This document shows positions 51,959 to 64,000 of a DNA stretch of 64,000 nt, piece after piece. The DNA lies in the NCBI GenBank assembly GCA_013239625.1, contig MU053504.1:1180001-1244000 (forward strand), given 5' to 3'. Both the position numbers and the translations under genes were made by a program. Position 1 is the stretch's first letter, and each line of letters starts with the position of its first letter. The notes below the pieces were generated by a model. The model was not told where the DNA came from. It searched no databases and saw only the letters and a program-made list of their open reading frames with translations. This DNA is from Lama guanicoe (taxonomy: Eukaryota).

Positions 51959-52592
51959 CAGCCTATCCCAATATTCACAGAACCGCGTTTGCAAACTGGC
52001 CTGCTCACTAAAATGTATTTTTAACTCCACATCGGTCTTCTCGGAGCTTTCATGGTCATTGGCAGACACGCCCAGGGTGGTGACAAACAGGATCACCTAA
52101 CATGCCCGTTCCCAGCAGAGGTCAAACAAGGTGACACTCTGCCTTCTCGCTTCAGTACTCAGACTTAGATTCATGTCCTTTCACGCGTATTTAATGCCAT
52201 CTTTTTTTGCTTTTTTGTCCTTTTTTTGGTGATCTTGCCATGTCAAATGGCTCCGAGCATAGCTCTGCAGTGCTGTCCTGTGTTCTTGAGCACAGGAAGG
52301 CTATGACTCACGTGCCTTATGGAGAAAACATGTGTGCTGGACAAGCTTCATTCAGGCGTTAATCACAGTGCTATTATCCATGAGTTCCGTGAATCTGCAA
52401 TGTATTGAATGAGGTGTCTTTAAACAGAAACACATAAAACGGGTTATGTTTTGTTCAGCTGATGAAAAAGTTGTGACCAGAGGCTCCCAGGAACCAAGCC
52501 CTGTGTTTTCCCCCAGGAGCAATGGTTCAGCACTGCTCATTCAGTGTTCACGGAGAATCCAGCATAGGGACCGAGAATAACCAGAAACTACT
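51959..52592 (-). mobile_element. MER82-like TcMar-Tigger element just upstream of TGM6 exon 2
   Basis: aggtgtctttaaacagaaacacataaaac...gttgtgaccagaggctcccaggaacc...ggagcaatggttcag matches the recalled MER82 consensus; TA-flanked ends. Confidence 0.7.
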
Positions 52593-52716
52593 ATACATGC
52601 TAAATAGCGCTTCCGTGAGCAAGTGGCAGGCAGGTTGAAGCAGATGGGAGGGCAAGCCAAGCATGGATGAGAAATGTCCAAGGACCCGGCCCATCTCCCT
52701 GTCCTGCTTCTCCCAG

Positions 52717-52890
52717 GGATCAGAGTCACCGAGGTGGACTGGCAGCAGCCGAGGAATGGCACTGCCCATCACACCGAGGAGTACCCGGGCCCTGTGCTGG
52801 TCGTCCGCAGGGGCCAGAGGTTCACCTTCACGCTGAAGATGAACAAACCCCTGGAGAGCAAGGAGACCCTCGTCTTCACCGTGGAGACAG
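52717..52890 (+). CDS. TGM6: Transglutaminase 6, exon 2 (174 nt)
   Basis: tcccag|GGATCAGA...GAGACAG|gtacct; [40 protein letters not shown]...FTVET. Confidence 0.95.
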
Positions 52891-53438
52891 GTACCTGGCT
52901 GGCCAGCACCCCCTGATAGTCTGCCATCGGAAGGATGGGTCTTGTGACTTGAGACCTGAGACGCTGGGGTCATCAGCCCGGATTTCAGGGGGAGCAAATC
53001 CCTGTAGGCAAGCTGAGCCCCAAACCCTGGAGGCTTTGGGTAACAGCCTTCTGGGGATGGCTGGAAGGGACAGGTGGGGTGACAACCTTGGAATCCTGTG
53101 CCCACCAAGGAGGCCAGGGCTCCGAGAGGGGCTGGAAGTTTATCAGGCATTTTGGAGCTCAAGCTTTACTTTCCTGACCAGACGTAAGGCAGACTAGGGT
53201 TTCAGGGAGTCCTGTTACTTTCTTTCTGATCCGGGAAGTGGGCACGAGTCAGGACAGCTGAGGCGGACGCTGCTCTGCCACGGGCCCTCTGGCGTCTCGG
53301 TCAGGTGCTTCTCCACATCAGTGTCCCAACAGCTCAGGGGGCAAGAGTTGGCTCCACAGGTCTGTAGCGTTTCTGCTTCTCCAGAGCTTTTCTTCCTGGT
53401 GGCCACTGGGTCTCCTGATTCCCTCTCCTCTCTGCCAG

Positions 53439-53681
53439 GACCCCAGGCCTCTGAGGCCCTTCACACCAAGGCTGTGTTCCAGACAACAGAGCTGGAGGTG
53501 CACGATGCCTGGACGGCTGTGAAGGAGACTCAGGCGGAGAACACCATGACCGTCAGTCTCATCAGCCCTCCCAACGCCGTCATTGGCCGCTACCAGCTGA
53601 GCACCAGGGTGTCCTCTAGCCGCAGAAACAGTGACCGGAAGCTGGGCGAGTTTATTCTCCTTTTCAACCCATGGTGCCCAG
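53439..53681 (+). CDS. TGM6: Transglutaminase 6, exon 3 (243 nt)
   Basis: tgccag|GACCCCAG...TGCCCAG|gtagga; [20 protein letters not shown]...[13 protein letters not shown]...[13 protein letters not shown]. Confidence 0.96.
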
Positions 53682-54433
53682 GTAGGAGCTCCCAAATCCA
53701 AGGATAAGGTTCTCCTGGAAGCTGTCCTTCAGGAGGGACTAGGAGGCAGGTTAAGGGACAGGGAGGCAAATGCCAAGGGCTTGGCAAGAGCCAGGCCTAG
53801 GTGGAGGCCAGCACTGGGCAGAGGAAGCTGATAGCCGGTAGCAGGTGCTGCAAAGCAGTCTGTGCCAGAGGCGCAGGAATTGCTGGGTGTATGGAGGCCA
53901 GTGGGCCAGGATGGGGCCTAATGGCAGGAGAGGCCAAGGAGTGGGTAAGAGCCAGGTTTTAGCCATCAGACAGCTTTGGTTTAGTCCCAGCTCTGCTACG
54001 TTGCTTCCCTCTATGAGTCTCAGTTTCCTCATCTGTCATATGGGAATAATAACAGTGCCTACCTGTTAGTGTTGAGGTGAGAATTCATAGAGCTAATGCT
54101 TGTAAAATATGACACACACCACAAGGAGTACTGGGGTCGGTGTTCATATTAAGGGGTGAGTCAGTAAGCAGTAGCCTAGATCAGTATTCTTACAAATATC
54201 TAAGAACTATGATGCTTCGGGTAACATCCAGGTGGGTCCTAAAATCCCTCCATCTTGGGCTGGGTTGGGGACCCCCGGCCTGGGGAAAGGCCGGCCAGGT
54301 GGAATGGGGCTTGGCCAGGAGGCAGCCTGGGAGCCTACAAGCCCTTCTTGCCCTCTCCTGCCTGGGTCAGCCTCTAGGCGCAGCCCCTTCCCCAGGCCAG
54401 CAAGGCCAGAGCCCTTGCTCACACCGAGCCTGA

Positions 54434-54724
<291 letters not shown>

Positions 54725-55850
54725 TAGCAGTGCTGGGGCCTTGGGAAGAGGGGTGGGTGTCAGATATAGTTTGGAAACAGAACAGGTCAGTTCTGTCCTG
54801 ATAAAACAAACAGCTTAGATTAGGGGCTTGCCATCTTGAGTGTGCCCTGAAATCCCACTGAGGGCTCGTTAAAACACACAGGTGGCTGGGCCCCACCTCT
54901 AGAGCTGCTGATTCAGTAGGTCTAAAATGGGGCCTAAGAGTTTATCATGTTTTAAACAAGCCCCCAGGTGATGCTGGCCTGGGCCCACACTTAGTTACAA
55001 TATAAGGTGTGGTGTCAAGGGTCAGAGGGGAGGGGTCAGACTAAGTGCAGAAGCAGAGGGAGTTCAGAAGAGGCTAAAAGAAAACCCTACCTCTGGGATT
55101 GCAGAAGGCTTCGTGACATTGGGGTTGAGTCCCCAAAGTTGGGCAGGATCTGGACTGGCAGAGGGCAGTGCAGAGAGCACAGTGGAGGCGGGCCGTTGGG
55201 GGTTAGTGGAGGTTCTGCTAGAGGGGTTCCGTCTGCCTGGGCTCTGGGTGCCTGACCGGAAGAAGGTTGGCCAGGCAAGTCAAGAACCTTGACTGTCAGG
55301 CTGAGGAGCCAAGGGTTGAAAGCATCCGGGGCTCAGTGGCCACGCAGGGATGATATGCTGGAGAGTTTAGGGTCCATCTAAGGGGTAACCCCATCTCAGC
55401 ACCCACTTCTTACTGCCACACAGGGAAGTGAGCCCAGGGGTCCCAGGCCTTCCACATTTTCAGAGATCAGACACCTTAATTTGTATCTGAAAATACCCCA
55501 GTTTTGAAATGTTGTCAATTAATTCAAATGCATTTGAAAAAAAATCACAGAAACCAGTCGAGCATACCAGTGGCCCCACAGTCACCAGTTTACCCCGAAC
55601 TTCACTGTGGTTCGTGGGGAGACATGGAGGCTACTGAACAGGAGAGGGAGGTGATTAAGGCTGAGCTTCTGGCTCCCGGTGACTCTCTGAGGGAGGGTTT
55701 TGGAGACTTGGGGGTGCTCTGTGGTGGGGGCTTGGGAGGTAGACAAACTCCCCTGCGTGACACAAGTGACTGACTGGGGGAGGGTCGCGGTGAAAGGGTC
55801 AAGAATGTGGGTGAGGCTCTGGCTTCTAAGAGCAGCGTCTCTGGGGACAG

Positions 55851-55979
55851 TTTGAGGAGGACATCCTGAACATCTGCCTCTCCATCCTGGACCGAAGCCT
55901 GAGTCACCAGGCTGACCCAGCCACCGACGTGTCCCGCCGCCATGACCCCATCTACGTCACCAGAGCCATCAGCGCCATG
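55851..55979 (+). CDS. TGM6: Transglutaminase 6, exon 5 (129 nt)
   Basis: gacag|TTTGAGGAG...GCCATG|gtgagg; [43 protein letters not shown]. Confidence 0.95.
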
Positions 55980-56074
55980 GTGAGGAGCCCTGCCGTCCCT
56001 GCATGCACACCCCGTCGTGGACCCCTGGGCCAACCCCAGGGCCACACCCTGTAGGTTTTCCCTGGTCACTTTTT

Positions 56075-56690
56075 GTTTTAATTCTCTATTGCTGTATAAA
56101 AAGCTACCACAAAACTCAGTGGTGTAAAACAGCCATTGATTATGCTGACAGTTCTGCAATTGGGCAGGACCCTGTGGGAAGGGCTCATCTCTGCTCTAAG
56201 ATGCTTCAGCTGGGGGTGTCTGAATGGCTGCTGATGTCTGCAATGGTTTGACGGGACCATATTTCTAAGGCATTGGTTCCGACAGTCAGTGTTTCCTTGG
56301 TTCCCTTCCATGCCATGCCTGCTGGAGCTGGAACATCCAGGTGGCTTGCTCACTCTCATGTCTGGCCCCTGGAATGGGACGGTTGGAAGAGCTAGGGTTG
56401 GCCAGTCATCATTCTGTCTTCCCTGCAGCCTTCCCACATGGCTAGGTTGGGCTTCCTCACAGAATGGCAGCCTCAGGGTAATAGACAAGGCAGCTGGCTT
56501 CTCCCCAAGAGATTATTCTGGTAAGAAGAAGGAGAAGCTGCCAGTCTCATAAAGCCTGGGCCTGGAAACAGGCCCAGCATCACTTCCACCATGGTCACTG
56601 GTCAAAGCAGTCACAGGCCAGCCCAGACTCAGGGAGAGGATACACAGAACCACCTCTCTGTGGGAGAAGTGCCATCTTTAATCTGTTACA
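56075..56690 (-). mobile_element. MaLR solo LTR (MLT1 family) in TGM6 intron 5
   Basis: ctctattgctgtataaaaagctaccacaaaactcagtggtgtaaaacagcc...caaagcagtcacaggccagcccagactc. Confidence 0.65.
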
Positions 56691-57010
56691 TGCCAGTGCT
56701 TCCTCCTCAGAAGGTAGCCAGAGGGCCTACTAGCTCTCTCTATTGCAAGTAGGTGTTCAGATCAGTGGGTGGGTATCTGTGATTCCCAAAATGGACAAAG
56801 ATGGGGTTCTTTTCATATTTGATACTCTAAATTCCTCAAGACCTCAGAAAGACGTTACAGCACAACGAATCAAAAGCAGTGACCAGTCCCAGACAGTAGG
56901 GAGTTACAGGCTGCCAAGGCAAGGTTCTAAACTTGTGGGTCACCCCTTTTGCTAACTTGCTGTGTGGTTTGGGCAAGTTCCTTAACCTCTCTGAATCTGT
57001 TTCCTCATCT

Positions 57011-57011
57011 A

Positions 57012-57050
<39 letters not shown>

Positions 57051-57053
57051 ATA
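57011..57053. repeat. (ATAA)n microsatellite, ~10 perfect units, inside a MIR
   Basis: Directly visible. Confidence 0.95.
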
Positions 57054-57344
57054 CCAACATCATAGACTTAAAAGATTAATATAGTGTTTACTAAGCCCCT
57101 AGAATAGTGCCAGGCACACAGTAAACATTTAATGAATGTTAACTATCTCTGTGATTATTATTACTACCAACAGTCCCAAAAAAACAGACCACTTAAAACA
57201 GGAAATGTTCTAAAACCATAGATGATTTTCAACAATACAGCAGCCGAATGGAAGGTAATTGAAAATGCTAATTGGTACCAAAAAGAAGATATTTTAAGAT
57301 AGCAGATGGCCCCAATTTTCAGACAATTTAAAAGCAAGGGATAG

Positions 57345-57743
<399 letters not shown>

Positions 57744-58165
57744 TAGAAATCTAGTTATGAAGAGAGAAACCAGATCGCTCATTTACATGGCTTTTGATCT
57801 TTTATTCTGCAGGAATCCTACCACCTCCAGCTCATTCTTGGGAGAGTCATTCTTGGGCCCCCAGTCCCCTAGGGCTATTAAGGCTACTGTAGGGCCATTC
57901 TGTGGCTTCTAAGGCCCTGCTAGTCCCAGAGCTGGTCTATTTGAATGACGGTGGAGGTGGTGTCTCCAGAAGTCAGTCCCCTGAGAGAACGTACAGGAGA
58001 TGGAGGTGTTTCTGAAAGTGGAGACAGGAGTCTTGGTGCTGGCAAAGTGAACAGACCCAGACAGGGAGGGGGCTGTGGCCAGAAAAGAGGCAGGAAGCCT
58101 GTGGGGGAGTGGCCAGACCCACCGTTCCTGAGTCAGGGGTCCCGACCTGTCCCAGAGCCTCATGA

Positions 58166-58354
<189 letters not shown>

Positions 58355-58749
58355 TGAGGCTGACCCACATGTGGAGTCCAGCTCTACTGAGTCTGAGCCT
58401 GTTCTGGAAGGAGGGAGAGGCACCCCGTGGAGGGGGTGGTCCCGGGTAGGGTGACTCCTCTTCTGAGATACAAGGGGTCTTTGGACACATGACACTCAGA
58501 GGCCAAGAAGGGGGCTCAAGATTTGACAGCCTTGTACCCTCAGTTCTCCCCTGAGGGCCTCTGAGCCCTCCCCAAGACTCCTGCGACTTGGATGTGGGGG
58601 TGGGGTTCCCTCCGCAGAGCTGCCTCTGTATCTGGCTCCTGCTCTCTGCCAGCTGCCTGTGCGATGTGCTGCGTCTCAGGTGGGAAACAAGCTCTTTTCT
58701 CAGCTCGAACAAAACTCTTCACACAAAGCTTTACAAGATTAATTCTATT

Positions 58750-58940
58750 TTTTATTTTTGATTGATTGATTGATTGATGGAAGTGTAGTCAATTTACAAC
58801 GTTGTGTCAATTTCTGGTGTATAGCACATTGCTTCCGTCATACATGAATATATATTCATTTTCATATTATTTTTCACTGTAAGCTACTACAAGATATCGA
58901 ATATAGTTCTCTGTGCTATACAGTATAAACTTGTCTATCT
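58750..58940 (-). mobile_element. 5'-truncated L1 3' end with (GATT)n-derived tail in TGM6 intron 7
   Basis: Same family sequence as 1669-1880; approximate TSD acaagattaattcta / gcaaaattaatttta. Confidence 0.75.
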
Positions 58941-59331
58941 AGCAAAATTAATTTTAATTTAATTTTTTAAGTAGGAGACACAGTCATATGCTTTAATATT
59001 CAAAAGGTATGAAATGGGTTACCGCGGTAAGTCTCCCTCCCGCCCATTTCCAGCTTCCCCGTCCTCCTCCCAGACGCAACACTATGACTAGTTTCTGACA
59101 CCTCTTTTCAGAGAGAGGCCCTGCGGATACAGAAGCATACATACTTACATCCGCTTTTGCCCCACTTAATACTGGCTGCATAATGTAATACTGTTCATCT
59201 TGCTCTACATGTAACAATTCCCTATCAGTACATACAAGGTTTCCACATTTTTATAGTGTTTAAAATAGTAATAACATCACACTAGATGAGCACCTAGTCT
59301 ACACCAGGTCCAGTTCTGGGTGCTGTGCAAG

Positions 59332-59653
59332 CAGGCTTCCCTCATTTTATTACTCTTTGTTTTATTGTGCTTCACAGATGCTGACTTTTTTCACAAATTA
59401 CACGTTTGTGGCAGCCCTATGTTGAGCAAGTCTCTCAGCACCATTTTTCCAACAGCTTCCTTTTTTAGTTAAGGATGTACATTCTTCTTTAAAGACATAA
59501 TGCTATTGTGTGCTTAACAGACTACAGTATAGCACAAATACATCTTCTGCAAGTACTTGGAAACTAGAAAATCCATATGACTCACTTTATAGCGCTATTT
59601 GCTTTATTGTGGTGGTCTGGAACCAAGCCTGCAAGATCTCCAAGGTCTGCCTG
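59332..59653 (+). mobile_element. Internally deleted Tigger1 derivative
   Basis: TIR-like ends caggcttccctcattttatt... and ...gatctccaaggtctgcctg|ta; interrupts a MIR. Confidence 0.75.
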
Positions 59654-60951
59654 TATACTAACTCATGGATCCTCCAAACAACCTTGTGAGTTAGCTAGGA
59701 TTATTGTCTCTATTTTGCAGATGAGAAAACTGAGGCACAGAGAGGTTAAGTAACTTTTCAAAGGCCAGACACCGAGTGAGCAGAAGAGCAGTTATGAACC
59801 AGACCTGCTTTTCAATCATATAGCAAAACCACCTTTTATCTAGCCACCTCACATGGAGGGACCAAACATCTGCCTTTACAAACAAGGCTTCAGTGAATAA
59901 CCTTGTCCGAATGTCTGTTCATGCATGTGCAAGCTGTCATGAAAAGCCACCTTCTAAAGAGCAGGGGGAAAGGTTGCATGCAACACAGAAACACAGCTGG
60001 CCTGGCATCCCTGTTTCCAGACTGCCCTTTGGCACCCCACCCAGGGAAGCATGCTCAGGAGTCCTTCCCAACAGTTGATCTCCAGCCTTGGACCAACTCT
60101 CTGCCCCTCTTCTCCCCTTTCTTTCTCCTCTTTTTGATTCTCTTCACTCCCTCTCCCTGCAAGAGCACCAAAAAAAAAAAAATCACATTCTTCTCCTTTC
60201 TTCATGCAGAATGAACAGACACTTCTTTTTGCTACAGGGACCTCTGTCACCATGCAGGTTATCCATGATCTCCCTTTTACCCATAAATGCTTTTCACAAT
60301 ATTTTCCCAAATAAAAAGCACTATTATCTCCAAAAGAGGAGTTCGGAGGCCAGCTATAGAGATGCCAACCCAGGCAAACAAGGGTTTCTCTCTGCTGCTT
60401 CCTTACTGTGTGACCTTGTGCAAATGAAGTCACTTTTCCTAGTCCCATATTTTCATCTTTAGCATAGGAAACTTAAAATAAAGCCTAAACTCCCTACCAA
60501 GGCCTCCAGAACTCTGCATGATCTGAACCCTACCTACCTCCATGTTTGCTGTAGCCCAGAGATACATACTTTCTGTTCCTCAAACACACTTTTTCTTTTC
60601 TCAAGAGCCTTTGCACATGCTGTTCCTTCTGCCTGGAACACTGTTCCCTTCACTATTCCTAAGGCTAATTTCTTCCCTTTAAAATCTCATCTTAGACGTC
60701 ATTTACCTAGAGTAGGTCTCCAGCAGTTATTCTCTATCCCCAGCCCCTGTCTTCACTTCATTTATTGTTACTTGCATTTTAAAAATGTATCTGGTTACTT
60801 AATTTTTTCCTGTTTCCCTATCTGTCTCCTTGGTTAGAACGTAAGCTGCATGAGGACAAAGATCTTCTGTCTTATTTGCAGTTTATTTCTGGACCATGAA
60901 CATGGTCCATATACATTTATGCACACACAGACACACACATACATATACATA

Positions 60952-61472
60952 CAGGGAGACCTCGGAGATATCACAGATTCAGTTCCAGACCACATCAATA
61001 AAGTAAATATTGCAATAAAGTGAGTCCCACGAAATTTTTGGATTCCAAGTGCATATAAAAGTAATGTTTACACTATACTGTAGTTCTAGTGAGTGTGAAA
61101 TAGCATTATGTCTAAAAAACAATGCATAAAATTACAGCACAATACAGTTGCTTAAAAAAATAAAAAATTAAATTAAATTTAAAACAATGTATATACCTTA
61201 ATTTAAAAATCCTTTATTGCTAAAAAATGCTAACCATCATCTGAGTCTTCAGTGTCATAGTAGTAACACCAAAGATCACTGATCGTGGATCACCATAACA
61301 AATATAATAATAATGCAAAAGTTTGAAATATTGCAAGAATTATCAAAAGGTGACACAGACATGAAATGAGCAAATGCTGTTGGAAAAATGGCACTGATAG
61401 CCTTGCTCAAGAAGGGGTTGTCACAAACAAAAACACAGTATCTACAAAGGACAATAAAACAAGATATGCCTG
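60952..61472 (-). mobile_element. Internally deleted Tigger1 derivative, opposite orientation
   Basis: ta|cagggagacctcggagatatc ... aataaaacaagatatgcctg|ta with TA duplications; interrupts an L2 3' end. Confidence 0.8.
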
Positions 61473-61514
61473 TACATATATGAATGATATGTGCCCAACA
61501 ATACAGTTGAATGA

Positions 61515-62188
<674 letters not shown>

Positions 62189-64000
62189 TGAGCCCAATGC
62201 CTTTATTTTATATGCATAGTTTCCTCCGTTTGCTAAGTAGATTTCCCACGTCTAATAAGAATAATAGCTACATTTCCTTTAACACATGTGTTCCAGGTGC
62301 TGTATCATGTATGCACACATATGATAACAATGACTGATCATAGTGATCATAGAAGCAGGTTATTATTTATTGAACACCATGGATACTTAGCACTAGGCCT
62401 CCTTCAAAATAATAATGATGGTAGCAGCTCCTGTATGTCATCTGCCAAGGCCTATGCCCTGCTCACTCATTTATGGCCACTGGTTTACTGAAAAGCCTCC
62501 ACTTGTCAGTATGCAAAAACAAAACTCATGTTCTTCTTCTAGGAGCTGCTTCTGGCTCTAGACTTACAAAAGCAGGTCCCTTAGCAGTGCTGTGATCTGG
62601 TCCATACAGGGTCTTTGGGGTCTTTTGTCCTAAGCTTTAAGAGAAATCACCATCCCGTGACGTGATGACGATGCTAGCCGTTGCCTTTGCTGAGCCCCGA
62701 CTGTGGGCTGGCCATGCTCACGTGTTATTTAATTATATTGTGTAACAAATGCTTACCAAGCACCTCCCACGAGCTTGTCAGGTAGATGCCCGTATAACAT
62801 TTATTTTACGGAGGAGAAAGCAGAGGTGTGGCGAGGGAAGTGGGCTCAGCCGAGGAACGCGGCCAGTGAGTGGCAAGTCCGCCCCCAGAGCCCATATGCT
62901 CTTCTGCTGCTATTTAATTATAATATTTTGCTGCCACTATTCAATTATAATATCATCTACTGTTGATTGACAGCCTACTCTGGGGCAAGTGATTTTACAT
63001 CTAGGTTAATCATAATACTAGCATCTAAATTTTGTTAAGCGTGGCAGTAAGCCATGTCCATGCATTATTTCATTTAGTATTCATCAAAATTCCATCTTAC
63101 AGATAATCAAGCGGAGACATAGGGAGGTAAAGTAACTTCCCCAAGTTTCCAAAGCCTAGGAGAGCTGGGATTCTAACCAGATGTCTCCTTTCAGACATCA
63201 CCTCTGCCCCTCCCCTCTGCTAGACCACCCCTCTCTTCCCTGAGGGCTCACAATGTGCCTGGTACCATGCCAGGCTCTTCTGTGTGCTCCGGAAATAAAG
63301 TGCCTCCTACATGTCAGGCAGGATTCAGAGGCAGGGGAGAAAGAGAACTCACCATCTCGAGAGCTGACTGTGTAAGGATAGGACAGGTGATCAGCACGGT
63401 GTTGGGGAGGCCAGAAGGCTGGAGAAGCACAGATGAGGGGTCCGTAGCCCAGCCAGAGAGAGGTCAACAAGAGCATCCCATGGAAGGGAATCCTGACGGG
63501 AGTAAGATTTAGCCAGGAGATGAAGGGTTGGGAAGGCATTCCAGAAGACAGACCCCTATGCATCCTGATTCCAGATTCAGTCTAAGCTGTGCTGTTCATC
63601 CAAGCCATGGGCATCCCATTCTGTGGATGAGATGACAGGACCTGTCTGCTTGCTCTGTCCACTGAAGCAGGAGACATGACAGAGCACAAATATTCAGAGC
63701 CCCTGGGCACGATATGCTTTGCTCTCACCCCTGAGTCAGCCTGGATGCTGAGCAACGAGGGAACCAGCCTTCCGAGCAAAAGAAACTGTACATGCAAAAA
63801 GCACACCAGCCGTCCTCAGATTCTGGTGGCCTTTCTGCAACAAGCTTCAGGGTAGAGGGGAGGAAGGCAGCCTCCCTGCTGATCTTCAGGCAGAGGAACT
63901 AAACACGGAGGCAGGATCTTAGTCAGAAGCTGATGCCAGGGGCTCGCAGGGGAGCCAGGCTGGCGGTTCAGCCATCTGCCTCTGGGCCTGCATGGTACTG

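Noticed and set aside
52548..53162. Long antisense or alternative-frame ORFs over exons (also 55602-56159, 57164-57664, 61515-62156, 42178-42660)
   Set aside because: Shadows of GC-rich coding exons or read-through into introns; no independent protein similarity.

Overview
Mammalian genomic DNA, probably camelid: it carries two tRNA-derived SINEs resembling camelid Vic-1 plus artiodactyl-type L1 3' ends (inference). The window holds the tandem transglutaminase pair on the + strand. TGM3 is present from intron 7 through exons 8-13, stop codon and poly(A) signal (~20,000). After a ~22 kb repeat-rich spacer come TGM6 exons 1-9 (ATG at 42178); the gene continues past the window end. All 15 exons have GT-AG boundaries and splice in frame with no stops. 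The catalytic residues that fall in the window are intact (TGM6 Cys/His/Asp; TGM3 His/Asp). Most other six-frame ORFs are spurious or lie in decayed repeats. I found no convincing new biological system. The best leads are: a 12-nt tandem duplication lengthening the TGM3 zymogen-activation hinge; an ungapped 115-bp duplicated element flanking AP-1/KLF/ETS motifs in TGM6 intron 1; an L1 with both ends and a TSD whose large internal deletion is sealed by a perfect 11-bp hairpin; a twin-primed (5'-inverted) short L1; and an inverted pair of Tigger1-derived elements in TGM6 intron 7. Exon numbers and repeat family names come from recalled human gene structure and consensus sequences, not from a search; repeat boundaries are approximate.
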